Shown piece by piece: positions 23,585-33,296 of a stretch of DNA of 46,229 nucleotides. The position numbers and the translations under genes are program-made. Source of the stretch: a virus (Duplodnaviria; Caudoviricetes); the IMG/VR virus record IMGVR_UViG_3300033067_001335, positions 1 through 46,229 of that record; one strand, 5' to 3'. The notes beneath the pieces were generated by a model. That model did not search any database and was not told the origin of the DNA. It saw nothing but the letters and a program-made list of their open reading frames with translations. The stretch's first letter is position 1. Each line of letters begins with the position of its first letter.

Positions 23585-26134
23585 TTATTTTGTCAACATC
23601 TGCAACTGCTTTACCGCCGTCTTAACGTCCGTGGTCGTCTCTTTCGTGCTGACATTCAGCGTAAAGTTATTCACCGTTGATTTCGTCGGCGTGGTAGATG
23701 TGGCCGCTTTTGTCTTCGGCGTGGTGGATGTGCCGGTGCTGACCACTTTGCCGTTCACCGTTACCGGCCCGGTGGTTGTCCCTGTTACAACAATCCCTTT
23801 AGGCGCAGTTGTGCCTGCGCCTGCGGCCATGCCGCCCGACGAACCAGCAAGGTTGAGCGCTTGCGTGATGGTGTTGATAAAGTCGGTTGCAACGCTGATA
23901 GCACGATCGAAGAAACTAATCAGTGACCCAATCGCGCTAATCACCGTCCCAATGACTGACGCAATTAGTTGCATGACGCGCACCACGGCGGGGCCGTGAT
24001 TGGCCCAAAACTCATTCAAAGTTTTGTATAGGTCTTTGAATACCGGAATCATGTCTTGGCCGAGTTGCAGCCAAAGATTTTCGAAATTCTGTTTAACCTC
24101 ATTCTGTTCCTGCTGGAATGCCTTAGCCGCGTTCACCCCGTCTTGGTCAAGGATGCGGTTGGCGATTGATTGTTGCCGTTGCCATTCTGGGAGCGTCTTG
24201 GTTGAGTAAAGCTCAGCTAGATCGTTGAGGTCCTTCCCTGCCCGCCCAAATAGCACCGTCGCAATTGCACTGCGCTGCATCGAGTCCGGCATCTCGGCAA
24301 GTTTGCGCAGGATGAGGTCAAGTCGCTCATCTGGCGCGAGTTTATTCAGGTCATCGAACTTGATGCCGAGATCCGCGAGCGCCTGTACCACCGGCGGCAA
24401 GTTTTGCGCCGACTCCTCGAGGAACTGCTGCAGCCGCTCATTGACGGCCTGAATTGCATCAGCTGAGCGCTTCTTTTCATCCTCAATTCGTGCAGCGGTA
24501 TCAGCGGCGATCTGTGCCTGTGCTTTCGCGTTGGCCGCGACTTGTTGCGCGAGATTCTCCTCAATGGTCTTGATGCGTTCGGCGTAGGCTTTGTTCTCTT
24601 TCTCGACCTGCTTGGCCCGCTGTTCTTCAAGGTCGGCAATCTGTTTGGCGTATTGCTTGTTCTCGCGGTCAATCGACTTGGCTAACTCCGCCTCACGCTC
24701 ATCGTAGTTCTTTTGCAGCTTGGCCAGCTGCTTATTGAGTGACAGCTCTAAATCGCGCTCGCGCTCAGCCTCCTGCGCCTTGAGTTTCTCAGTTTGCTTG
24801 GTGTAGACGGCATTCTCTTTGTCGATGCGCGCCTGCAGCTTGGCCAGTTGCTTGTCATCTTCTTTTTGCTGGGCCTGTTCCTCAGCCGCCGCCGTGTCTT
24901 GGATGGCCTTCTTCTTGGCCTCAATGCGCTTGTTGTAGCCGTCGAGCTCGGCACGCAACGCCCGCTCCTCAAATGGGTTTTGGGCGTTGTTAATGCGTGA
25001 CTGAATGGACTCACGCTTGGCCTCAGCATCCTCCTCGATGCCGAGAATCTTGTCAGCAACCTGCTGGGCGCGCCGAACGCGGTCCGTCTCAATGGACTCG
25101 CGAAAGTCGGAGAGCTGCTGCTCGAGCTCAGTGATGCGGTCGGTATGGGATTCTTCGAGCTCAGCTAGGCGCTCAGCTAACGCCGTTCGCACATCTGCGA
25201 TCGCATCGTTAGCGCCTTCTTCAAGCTCGATCCGCCGCTCTTGGTAATCTGATTCAGTCTTGGCTTTTTGATCTGCAAGGTTGGCCAGCGCCTCGGCGTG
25301 CGCATCCTCAATGTTTTCTCGTCGATCGGCAGCCTGTTCGGCGATTTCAGTGAGACGCTCTTGGTGCTGCTCTTCTGCGCGCTGCTCTTCTCGTGCCGCA
25401 TTGGCTCGCGCCTGCGCGGTCTGTTGAGCGATTGCGGCGCTTCGCGCCGCGCCTTGGGCCTGAATATCGGCAATCCGCTCAGCTGAGTCTGATTGAATTT
25501 GCTCGATTTGTTTGGCCGCGTTCGCTTGTGCCTTCGCCTGACTCGCGGCGATGGCTTCCATCTGCTGGCCAGCGGTGTAGATGTTGCGCGCCAGTGCGCC
25601 AAATGATTGTTCAATGGACTGAGTAGAAACGCCCGCAATCTGCCCAACAGCGGCAAGCGTCGATGCGAACTCAGCCGTTGCGCCCGTCGCCTGTTGGATG
25701 CCATCAACCGCCGCACCCCAATCAGCGGCGGCGTTGGCCGCGGATAGCCCGATGCCAATAAGCACCGCAAGCGCAGCTGTCAGCGCCACAACAGCAGCGA
25801 TTGCAATCCCTATCGGCCCACCAAGTGCGGCAAATCCAGCCCCAATCCCCGCCGCTGCCGCTTCGCCTTCTGCGCCTGCGGCAACCATCGACTTACCAAG
25901 CAACCCAACTGCTTGCACTGGGTTTTGAATTGCATTCTCAAGTTGCCCAAAAAGCCCGCTCAGTCCGCTGAGCGATTGGCCGAGTTGCTCTAAGCCAACC
26001 CCGCTCTTGCCAATGTCCCCAACCGCGTCTTTCGTCTGCTGCGCTTGTTCACGGACGCGGCGCAGCGCAGCCTCACCGCCGTTGTCACGGCCAGTGATGA
26101 CAATCTGTAATTCGCTGCGTCCCTGTCGTCCCAT
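23585..26134 (-). CDS. Tape measure protein
   Basis: 849 aa; ELQIVITGRD N-terminus, hydrophobic GGPIGIAIAAVV segment, long coiled coil, LFGRAG. Confidence 0.9.
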   Translation of the reverse strand: MGRQGRSELQIVITGRDNGGEAALRRVREQAQQTKDAVGDIGKSGVGLEQLGQSLSGLSGLFGQLENAIQNPVQAVGLLGKSMVAAGAEGEAAAAGIGAGFAALGGPIGIAIAAVVALTAALAVLIGIGLSAANAAADWGAAVDGIQQATGATAEFASTLAAVGQIAGVSTQSIEQSFGALARNIYTAGQQMEAIAASQAKAQANAAKQIEQIQSDSAERIADIQAQGAARSAAIAQQTAQARANAAREEQRAEEQHQERLTEIAEQAADRRENIEDAHAEALANLADQKAKTESDYQERRIELEEGANDAIADVRTALAERLAELEESHTDRITELEQQLSDFRESIETDRVRRAQQVADKILGIEEDAEAKRESIQSRINNAQNPFEERALRAELDGYNKRIEAKKKAIQDTAAAEEQAQQKEDDKQLAKLQARIDKENAVYTKQTEKLKAQEAERERDLELSLNKQLAKLQKNYDEREAELAKSIDRENKQYAKQIADLEEQRAKQVEKENKAYAERIKTIEENLAQQVAANAKAQAQIAADTAARIEDEKKRSADAIQAVNERLQQFLEESAQNLPPVVQALADLGIKFDDLNKLAPDERLDLILRKLAEMPDSMQRSAIATVLFGRAGKDLNDLAELYSTKTLPEWQRQQSIANRILDQDGVNAAKAFQQEQNEVKQNFENLWLQLGQDMIPVFKDLYKTLNEFWANHGPAVVRVMQLIASVIGTVISAIGSLISFFDRAISVATDFINTITQALNLAGSSGGMAAGAGTTAPKGIVVTGTTTGPVTVNGKVVSTGTSTTPKTKAATSTTPTKSTVNNFTLNVSTKETTTDVKTAVKQLQMLTK

Positions 26135-26156
26135 GATGGTCTATGCGGCGTGCGCC

Positions 26157-26519
26157 CTACTCTTCTACTTGGGCCACTGCATCAAGCTGTTCTTGTTGGG
26201 CTTCGATCTGCTTATCAATCAGCTCTTTGCCCTCAGCCAACAAGCGCCCCACGCTGACAAACGCGTCATTCATTTCAGGAAATGAGAAATCAAGAATTGT
26301 TTCGCGTGCGGCGTTTTTATCTTCGGGTGAAGTGGCTGGCACAAAAAGCAAGATGATGTCAATCAGGCGGTCAATGTTTTGCGCGGTCGCCTTCCACTGC
26401 CCCGATTGCATTTGCTTGCCAATCGTGGTCAGGTCTTTGCGCACGCCGTCAATCTCACGCGAGAAACGAACCCAGCCGGGGCCATCGGGCGAGGGAAATT
26501 TGAGGGTCAATTTGGCCAT
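26157..26519 (-). CDS. Probable tail assembly chaperone
   Basis: Position between tail tube and TMP; 120 aa. Confidence 0.7.
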   Translation of the reverse strand: MAKLTLKFPSPDGPGWVRFSREIDGVRKDLTTIGKQMQSGQWKATAQNIDRLIDIILLFVPATSPEDKNAARETILDFSFPEMNDAFVSVGRLLAEGKELIDKQIEAQQEQLDAVAQVEE

Positions 26520-26527
26520 ATGTCAAA

Positions 26528-26557
26528 CAGGCGAGGCGCAACAACACGCCTCGCCTG
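26528..26557 (-). terminator. Hairpin after the tail tube gene
   Basis: CAGGCGAGGCG-8 nt-CGCCTCGCCTG, short TTT tail on the minus strand. Confidence 0.6.
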
Positions 26558-26574
26558 AACTCCACAAAAGAGGA

Positions 26575-27258
26575 TTAGTAAGCGCCGCGAGCGGGCGAGC
26601 CGCTGCCTTGCGCTTGGAACTCAAACGACCATGCGCCGTTGACGGGCGCATCCAAGTTCACCGTTTCGCGCACCACGTAGCCGGTGAAGTACGGCCGCTT
26701 GCTGCCCGTGCTGCCCTTGCCCGCGGGCGAGAGCCGCACGGCGATCTTTTCAGCGGCGAACAGTGGCCAATCGAATGCATCGCTGTATTCGTTGATGGCC
26801 GTTGTAGCCGTCGCCTGCGTACCAGATCCCGGCGCGGCGATGCTCACGGTCGGGGCTGATGTGTAGCCGGTGCCGAAATTCGTCATGATGACGGCCACCA
26901 CATTGCCCGCCGTGTTGATGATGGCGGTGGCCGCTGCGCCCGCACCGCCACCGCCTGAGAACGTCACGGCGGGCGCGGTGGTGTAGCCGGTGCCGGGGTC
27001 GGTAATGTTCACTGTAGTGACGCGCCCTGTGGTGAGGTCGACAAAGGCCTTGCAAGCGATGCTGAACTCAGCATAACCGGCAAATGAAACAGGGGCTGCG
27101 CCATACACCGCGACTTTGGCGATGTCGGCCTTGTTGCCCATTTTTGCTTCGGACGATCGTCCGCTGAAGTTGTAATACGGGATGGTCGCAGGCATGATCC
27201 AATCGGCTGCGCTCGGACACATCTCAATTACGCAATCTTTGGTGGTAATTAAACCCAT
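26575..27258 (-). CDS. Major tail (tube) protein with inserted G.GYT.AP repeat domain
   Basis: Position; C-terminal SP.G...YFTG...WSFEFQAQGSG typical of TP901-like tubes. Confidence 0.75.
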   Translation of the reverse strand: MGLITTKDCVIEMCPSAADWIMPATIPYYNFSGRSSEAKMGNKADIAKVAVYGAAPVSFAGYAEFSIACKAFVDLTTGRVTTVNITDPGTGYTTAPAVTFSGGGGAGAAATAIINTAGNVVAVIMTNFGTGYTSAPTVSIAAPGSGTQATATTAINEYSDAFDWPLFAAEKIAVRLSPAGKGSTGSKRPYFTGYVVRETVNLDAPVNGAWSFEFQAQGSGSPARGAY

Positions 27259-27300
27259 TTTGAAAACTCCATGCGCATGAATGCTCGATGCACCATGCGT

Positions 27301-27792
27301 TTAGCTTGCGCCTGCGCGTATGAATACCGTGATGGTCATGCGCTCGCGCCGATACTCTTGCCCGCCCAGTCTCTCAGCCTGTAATAGCGAGCCTGTTGCA
27401 CTACGTTCGTTAAAGACAAGATCAAACCAACTGGTTTGGCCTTGTTCGCTTCTGCTTAGGCCATCCGAATTGGTCATTACCCAATCCGCGATCACTTGCT
27501 CAATGTCGTCAATCGCGTCTTCCGCGTTTTGTTCGGTCCAGTTTGATGCCTGATCCGCATACAGCACAAAGACATCGATGGCGAACATCAGCGAGGTCTC
27601 GGCATCGACTGAGCTGGTGATCTCCTGCCGTCGGTCACTGCCTGCGCTGGTGAATGTCACAACAGGCGATTGCCCATTGAAGTTCCCCACGCGGAATGGA
27701 TAGACTGCCTGCACCACGCCGGCGCCGGTCAGCGCTTGGCCAATCTCGTTGGCGAGCAGCTGTCGGTAGGTCTTGCGATTCACTGCCGCCAT
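27301..27792 (-). CDS. Probable tail terminator
   Basis: Position after HK97 gp10-like gene; AEDAIDDIEQVI helix. Confidence 0.65.
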   Translation of the reverse strand: MAAVNRKTYRQLLANEIGQALTGAGVVQAVYPFRVGNFNGQSPVVTFTSAGSDRRQEITSSVDAETSLMFAIDVFVLYADQASNWTEQNAEDAIDDIEQVIADWVMTNSDGLSRSEQGQTSWFDLVFNERSATGSLLQAERLGGQEYRRERMTITVFIRAGAS

Positions 27793-28187
27793 TAAGCCCC
27801 CAGAATCTCCACGCTCAGCGTATTGATCGCCTCAGTGGCGATGTAAGCCTGCGCATAGTCCGCCCCGATGTCGTAGAAGGCATGCGAACCACCACGCCGA
27901 TTTTCATAGACGCCATACTCAGCTGGGTATTGCCCCTTCGGGTTCACCGCTGTTGGGTCAACGAAGATGATCGCCGTCGCCTCGTTGCCAGATTCGATGA
28001 AGTCGATCCGCTGTGAGGCGCGTAGCGCACCGGTGTCAACGTGCACCACCCCATCGATCCAGCGCAGCGTCGCAAGGCCCACCCGCTTGACGACGCGGCC
28101 CAATGCGCCACTAGGCCGGATCGCCCGCGTCGCGCGCAGGCTATCGGCCATCAGCTCTTGGATGCCTTGAATGCTTACGTCGATCAT
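27792..28187 (-). CDS. HK97 gp10-like neck/tail completion protein
   Basis: IQGIQEL...VDTGALRAS...YGVYE; ATG 28187 overlaps upstream stop. Confidence 0.75.
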   Translation of the reverse strand: MIDVSIQGIQELMADSLRATRAIRPSGALGRVVKRVGLATLRWIDGVVHVDTGALRASQRIDFIESGNEATAIIFVDPTAVNPKGQYPAEYGVYENRRGGSHAFYDIGADYAQAYIATEAINTLSVEILGA

Positions 28188-28513
28188 GGTGCGGATGCGT
28201 TTAGCAATTCCTCGACGATCAACTTGCGCCCCATCTGCCACACTTCGTGCCAACGCACTGGATATTGATTGCCATCGATCACCAGTACATCGCCGGGGAG
28301 AATGTCAGTCAGTGAATCCACGTGGGTTTGAAACATTCGCAAAGGGGTCTCAAGCCCGGCGCGCCGAGCATCCTCGCTAGAGATGGGAAAGAGGCGAGAG
28401 CAGCACACCTGCGTGAGATGTGCCACCGGCTCGCCTCGCTTCCCGCCTGACACTGAGGGGGGCCTAAGTGTTGAGGCCGAAACACTGCGGATGCGGTCAC
28501 GCGATGCGCTCAT
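28184..28513 (-). CDS. Head closure (stopper) protein
   Basis: DILPGDVLVIDGNQYPV; position. Confidence 0.7.
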   Translation of the reverse strand: MSASRDRIRSVSASTLRPPSVSGGKRGEPVAHLTQVCCSRLFPISSEDARRAGLETPLRMFQTHVDSLTDILPGDVLVIDGNQYPVRWHEVWQMGRKLIVEELLNASAP

Positions 28514-28950
28514 AGCGTTTCTTGGAAGTTCAGCAGGATTTCGCCGCCGCTGATGCTGCTCAGGCTCGATCCATACGTTGCTTTCATGTAGCGATCCTTG
28601 CGCGCGATTGCTTCCTCAAGCCGCAAACGAAACTGATTGAACGATTCGCTATGTGGGCCTTCGGTCACATCGACCAGCGCAAAGTTTTGCAAGACGTTGT
28701 TGAGCAAGCGAAACTCGGCATAGTCGAGCAGCTTGTCGGCATCAGCATCAGGCACAGCGGCCACTTCAGCGGCAGAGGCATCGGCAATGCTGGCTACGGT
28801 GTAGCCGCACTGACGAATCGCCCATGAGATCGGCTCAGCCAAATCGCGATTGGTACCGCTGACTGTTGCGCAATCCATCCTCACCTCGGCCATCCATAGC
28901 CGAGCTCGACGAATGAGCACCGTCTCCACTGCGCTGCGCGTGATCGCCAC
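28510..28950 (-). CDS. Head-tail adaptor protein
   Basis: Position after capsid; helical; coupled. Confidence 0.65.
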   Translation of the reverse strand: MAITRSAVETVLIRRARLWMAEVRMDCATVSGTNRDLAEPISWAIRQCGYTVASIADASAAEVAAVPDADADKLLDYAEFRLLNNVLQNFALVDVTEGPHSESFNQFRLRLEEAIARKDRYMKATYGSSLSSISGGEILLNFQETL

Positions 28951-29246
28951 TACTGGCCTCCGTCGGTCCCAGCGGGCGGCTGCTCTTCGGCCTTGGTCTT
29001 CTTCTTGCTGGCCGGCTGAAGGCCTGCCAACGCCTCAAGCACCAAGTCCAGTTTGGCGTTGAACTCGACGAGCAGCGTGCCGATGTCGAGGACGGGCGTC
29101 TCTGGCGTCTCGCCAGTGAGCGGCGCGCCCTCGCCCTGCTCGGCAGCAGGCGCCGGTGGGGTGAACATGGCCAGCAGCCGGTCCATCTTCTCGTCGAGTG
29201 ACTGCTGTGCTAGGTGGGTGCGGCGAACCGCGTTTGCTAGATCCAT
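28950..29246 (-). CDS. Hypothetical protein after capsid
   Basis: 98-aa ORF coupled to adaptor. Confidence 0.7.
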   Translation of the reverse strand: MDLANAVRRTHLAQQSLDEKMDRLLAMFTPPAPAAEQGEGAPLTGETPETPVLDIGTLLVEFNAKLDLVLEALAGLQPASKKKTKAEEQPPAGTDGGQ

Positions 29247-29265
29247 AGTGATTTCTGAATGATGA

Positions 29266-29289
29266 ATGGGGCAGCCTGTGCCGCCCCAT
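29266..29289 (-). terminator. Hairpin after the major capsid gene
   Basis: ATGGGGCGGC-acag-GCTGCCCCAT; no U tract. Confidence 0.55.
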
Positions 29290-29301
29290 CACTCATGTGG
29301 A

Positions 29302-30381
29302 TTACTGATACGCGGCTGGCGTGGTGTAGGTGGTCGAAGCCACGAACTGCAACGCAACGCCGTTCAGGCGGTTGGCCACGCCGAGACCAAAGCGGTGTTC
29401 CCAGTAGCTCTCGCTGATTGGGTAATCCGTCTCATTGGCGACAATCATGTTCAGGCCTTGTGGCAGACCGGTGTCGGCGGGGTCGACGCGCTCTTTCAGC
29501 GGCGCAGGCGCATCGAGATGGATGGCAAACGCATAGTCAGCTGGAATCCAGCGCCACTCGCTCACCCACACGCCCGAGTCGGTCTTGCCGAGAATGCGCC
29601 CCGGCGCATTGGGCAGCCCATTCACGGTGTCCGTATTCACGCCGGGGGTGACGTTGTTGGTATTGGTGCGATTGAACTCGGTCAGCGCCGTGACTTTGGC
29701 GGTCTGCGCATTATTGATGAACATCACCACATTACTGCCACCGGTCGGCGCACCAAAGTGCGATTCCAATTTATCGCGTGCCGTGACGCACGGGTTGTTG
29801 GTGTCGCTGATGGCCGAAGACACATAGTTGGTGCCGACATAGCAGTTTTCCTGCGCCTCGGATTCACTGCCGAGCACCGGCGGATACAACACGCCGTCTT
29901 GGTTGGCCAGCGGCTGAATCGTCAACGAGCCCTTGCGCGCATCCACAAACGCGCGCGATCCCGAGTTCAGCAAGGCCTTCAACATCTCAAACCGATACGT
30001 GTTCATATCGGCGGTGAGAATGGTGTCGATGTGGCGGTCCAACTCGGTGACGGACATATAGGACATGTCCACGCGGGTGCCACTAATGGCATCGCCGAAG
30101 CCTTCGAGAGGGAATGCGACATCCCACTGCCCGCCGCGCTTGCTGAATGCCGGTTTGGCATTGTTGCCCAAGCGCTGCAGACGACCGCCGCCGGGCAGCT
30201 TATAGCGCTCGGTGTGATCGGTGGTCGTGGTTTCGACGAAGATAGATTTGGCCGCGTTCAGGTCGGCGTTGTATTGCGCCACGAGCTGCGTGATCGCATC
30301 GTAAACAATGCGCTGGCCGACGGTATTAACATACTCACGGTCCGAGTCGGCTACGTTAAGAGCGCCAATTAGTTTTCCCAT
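29302..30381 (-). CDS. Major capsid protein
   Basis: 359 aa, GAGGT RBS, after scaffold and decoration genes, followed by a hairpin; C-terminal RFGLGVANRLNGV. Confidence 0.8.
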   Translation of the reverse strand: MGKLIGALNVADSDREYVNTVGQRIVYDAITQLVAQYNADLNAAKSIFVETTTTDHTERYKLPGGGRLQRLGNNAKPAFSKRGGQWDVAFPLEGFGDAISGTRVDMSYMSVTELDRHIDTILTADMNTYRFEMLKALLNSGSRAFVDARKGSLTIQPLANQDGVLYPPVLGSESEAQENCYVGTNYVSSAISDTNNPCVTARDKLESHFGAPTGGSNVVMFINNAQTAKVTALTEFNRTNTNNVTPGVNTDTVNGLPNAPGRILGKTDSGVWVSEWRWIPADYAFAIHLDAPAPLKERVDPADTGLPQGLNMIVANETDYPISESYWEHRFGLGVANRLNGVALQFVASTTYTTPAAYQ

Positions 30382-30390
30382 GATTACCTC

Positions 30391-30801
30391 TTAGAACTGC
30401 GTCTCCCACGCAAAATCGACGTAGACCACCTTGGTCTTGCTCGAATCAGCCAACGGCATCACGCGCCCCGCAGGGACGCTTAGTAAGCCAGCGGCATCGG
30501 CGATGGCGCCAAGGGTGTTCGACACGAACAAGCGGGTGTCGTAGGCCTGCGAAATGGTGAAGCCGGCCACGAATCCGCGCTTGATATACGAGAAAGCTTG
30601 GCCAATGCCAGCGTTTTCGAGCGCCACGCCGCGAGCCTGTTGCTTGCCGGCGACGTTTGCGCTGGCAATGCCCAGCGTTCCAGAGCTTGTGAGATACACC
30701 ACCTGCCCGGCGGCGATCGCCTCGGCGGCGAGGCCGTTGTAGATCTCCGCATTGTCATGGGCTCGAGCCACCTGCGTTGCGGTAACGGTTAAATCAGCCA
30801 T
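30391..30801 (-). CDS. Capsid decoration/cement protein
   Basis: AAEAIAAGQVVY...GVAL...G motif; between scaffold and capsid. Confidence 0.8.
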   Translation of the reverse strand: MADLTVTATQVARAHDNAEIYNGLAAEAIAAGQVVYLTSSGTLGIASANVAGKQQARGVALENAGIGQAFSYIKRGFVAGFTISQAYDTRLFVSNTLGAIADAAGLLSVPAGRVMPLADSSKTKVVYVDFAWETQF

Positions 30802-30812
30802 GATTTATTCCT

Positions 30813-31442
30813 TCAAAACTTGATCGTTGATGTCGGTTGTGGTTTGGCTGCATTCGCGCCACTCTGCCGCGCGTTCTGGGCCGCGGGTGTCCCCTTCGGC
30901 TTATTTGGCGGCGGATCGGCTGGGCGCTCAAACAGCTCAGGCATGTCTGCCTGAAGCTTCTTGATGGCCGCATCGATCCCAGTCACCTCGCCATCGTCGC
31001 CAATCTCAATCTTGAGACCTGCGGCGGCGATCAGTGCGTGCACGTAATGCGCCGGTTTTGCAAACTTCGCATCCTTCGCAGCCATCTCGACTGCGTGGCG
31101 CTTGGTCCGCTCGGCGGCGTCCGACTGCGCTTTATCAAGTTCGGCCTTGTAGCTATCGCGCTCTTTGGTGAGCTTCTCGGTCTCGCTCAGCTGCGCTTGT
31201 TGGCGCTCTGCCTCGGCCTTCTCCAGCTCATCTAGGCGTTTGCGTCGCTTGGCACTTTCAGAATTAACTTCCTTCAACGCGGATTGCGTCTTGGCCAGCT
31301 CTTCCTGAAGTTGCTCCAGCGTGGGGGCATTGGTAGTGGTGCCGCTTGTGGCACCACCTGCGCCGCCGCCCGTGCCATTAGCCGTGGTGGTGACGTTCGG
31401 TTTATCTTGATTTTGCGTATCGGTATTGCCGTCTTGTGGCAT
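30813..31442 (-). CDS. Scaffolding protein
   Basis: MPQDGN start; ESAKRR, LSETEK coiled coil, PELF; position. Confidence 0.85.
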   Translation of the reverse strand: MPQDGNTDTQNQDKPNVTTTANGTGGGAGGATSGTTTNAPTLEQLQEELAKTQSALKEVNSESAKRRKRLDELEKAEAERQQAQLSETEKLTKERDSYKAELDKAQSDAAERTKRHAVEMAAKDAKFAKPAHYVHALIAAAGLKIEIGDDGEVTGIDAAIKKLQADMPELFERPADPPPNKPKGTPAAQNARQSGANAAKPQPTSTIKF

Positions 31443-31497
31443 CTCGCCTATCCCTTGCCCATCTCGGGCGATGCGGCTGCGTCTCCATCGCGGAGGG

Positions 31498-31579
31498 AAA
31501 ACAAAAACGCGGGCTACCGGTGAAGGTAGCCCGCGCGATTTGTTGATCACGTAGCCGTGTTTAATTGATCGGGATTCTA
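31498..31579 (-). promoter_or_regulatory. Late promoter plus leader/attenuator, copy A
   Basis: TAGAAT (31579-31574), leader, terminator CGCGGGCTACC-ttcacc-GGTAGCCCGCG-TTTTTGTTTT. Confidence 0.75.
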
Positions 31580-31786
31580 CACCATCAAAGTCAGCAGTAT
31601 CTGATCCGGTGGCATCTCGGCATCGAGTAAAACAGGCAGGCCAACACACTCTTGCAACTGCGCGGCAGTCTCTTTGCTGCAAAGTGCAGGCGACAAGGCA
31701 ATGCGCCTGCACTTAGTTGGGATACTGTGCTCGATTGCTAAATCAATGAGGCGCTGCGCGAGTGGTTGGAGTTCGTCGATGGTCAT
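31577..31786 (-). CDS. Hypothetical protein
   Basis: ATGA coupling; 69 aa. Confidence 0.6.
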   Translation of the reverse strand: MTIDELQPLAQRLIDLAIEHSIPTKCRRIALSPALCSKETAAQLQECVGLPVLLDAEMPPDQILLTLMV

Positions 31787-32181
31787 GGGCTTACGGGAGA
31801 AAAGCTAAATTCAACTTCTTGGCCAGCGACGGCATCGTTTAAGGCATAGATATACGGCGCGTATTGGATTGGTAGGGCTGGATTACATAGGAGTTCCCAT
31901 GTGGCAGGTCGATATGCTCCCTTGAAATACACGATGCGCTCGCCCTTCTTAATTGGCTCACCGGCGAGAGGGCCTATCTGCATCCGGTTGTCTGTTTCGC
32001 GAAACTCAAAGTGTCGCTTGACGCACTCGGGCTGGTAGTTGATGCCCGCGGATCGAAAGGTCCCTGAGTCGTTTGGATTTTTAGCCCAATAATTGGTTTG
32101 TGCCGCAAATATCGGGAGAAGTAACGCCAGCTCGTAGGTCGTTATATCTTCTTTGGGCTTGTAGATATAGGGTGGTCGCAT
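31783..32181 (-). CDS. Hypothetical protein
   Basis: YKPKEDITTYELALLLP...VKRHF; ATG 7 nt after upstream stop. Confidence 0.7.
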   Translation of the reverse strand: MRPPYIYKPKEDITTYELALLLPIFAAQTNYWAKNPNDSGTFRSAGINYQPECVKRHFEFRETDNRMQIGPLAGEPIKKGERIVYFKGAYRPATWELLCNPALPIQYAPYIYALNDAVAGQEVEFSFSPVSP

Positions 32182-32188
32182 TGGGTTG

Positions 32189-32395
32189 TTATAGCGCGTT
32201 CGCGCTGTCAATGTGGCTTTCACCTACATGCCACTCGTTAGATTCTTCGATTTGTATGTGTAATTGCTCATTTTCCATTCGGAGCCTTTCTACCTCAGCG
32301 ACAAGAATACCAAGCTCGCGTCGAATAATGTATGCGTCAAATTGCCCACGCCCATTTGCATGCTCTTTGATAGTCGCAAATTCCTCTTCCGTCAT
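32189..32395 (-). CDS. Small hypothetical protein
   Basis: MTEEEFATIKE...LVAEVERLR pattern common in phage proteins. Confidence 0.65.
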   Translation of the reverse strand: MTEEEFATIKEHANGRGQFDAYIIRRELGILVAEVERLRMENEQLHIQIEESNEWHVGESHIDSANAL

Positions 32396-32402
32396 GCACT
32401 CA

Positions 32403-33293
32403 TTATCCAACCAACTCCCCACGCCGACTAAATGCATTCGCCGGATGGATCTCTTGCCTGCTCCCATCCACGCGCGCCAATAACTCAGCATCTGCCGCCG
32501 CACGCATCCGCTGCGTCATGTGGTCATGGGCCTCACTCATCAAAATCAGCGCTAGTGTATCGCGGCACCACCAATGGAATGGTGGCTGTTTGTTGCTGAA
32601 CCCGTAGAACTGTGCTTGATCCCACGGCTTGCCGCTCAGCTCGAATGGCTCATCAAATGGCTTGACCTGCCCATGCACAAGTAGGCACGTCTCAGTTGTG
32701 CGCTCATCGATGGCGGCGATGGCCTGTTTGCCCCAGTCTTCTGGCCGCTCTCCAGCGTCGGCCAGCGTTTGATTGATAACCTCCTCGTGGGCGTGGTTGG
32801 CCACCACCACCAGCCAGCGCGCAATCTCGCGCACCATCGGCCCCGGCGCGAGGATGCCGGGCCGTGTGATATCACCAAAGATCAGCGCCGGGTCTGTGCC
32901 CAGTTTGGCCAATGCCAGCACGCGCACGGTTTGTGATTTGAGTGCAGCATCAATGGCTTGCTTAGCCAGTTGCATCGCCGGCACCGCCAATGCCAACAGC
33001 GCCGAGGCCACAAATCCGCGGGCACTCAGCTGCTCAGATGCTTGTTCATTGCCAATGCCAAAGGCCTCGTCGAGCCAACCATCTACCATCAGCAGTGCGT
33101 CATACTCGAATCGGCGCAGACGCAGCTCAATGATGCGCGGATCGGCAACGTCAAACAGATCAGCCAGTATCAGGCGATAGAGGTCATAAAGGCCGCCTCC
33201 CTGCTCGGCTGAGCCAAGGGCATCGAACATGCCACCAAGGCGGGCGATGGTGCGCTCGGCGATCGCAACGGCGGTTTCGTGTGGCGTGGGCAT
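32403..33293 (-). CDS. Minor head protein (Mu gpF/SPP1 gp7-like)
   Basis: DERTTETC..VHGQ...PPFHWWCR; after portal. Confidence 0.85.
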   Translation of the reverse strand: MPTPHETAVAIAERTIARLGGMFDALGSAEQGGGLYDLYRLILADLFDVADPRIIELRLRRFEYDALLMVDGWLDEAFGIGNEQASEQLSARGFVASALLALAVPAMQLAKQAIDAALKSQTVRVLALAKLGTDPALIFGDITRPGILAPGPMVREIARWLVVVANHAHEEVINQTLADAGERPEDWGKQAIAAIDERTTETCLLVHGQVKPFDEPFELSGKPWDQAQFYGFSNKQPPFHWWCRDTLALILMSEAHDHMTQRMRAAADAELLARVDGSRQEIHPANAFSRRGELVG

Positions 33294-33296
33294 TGG

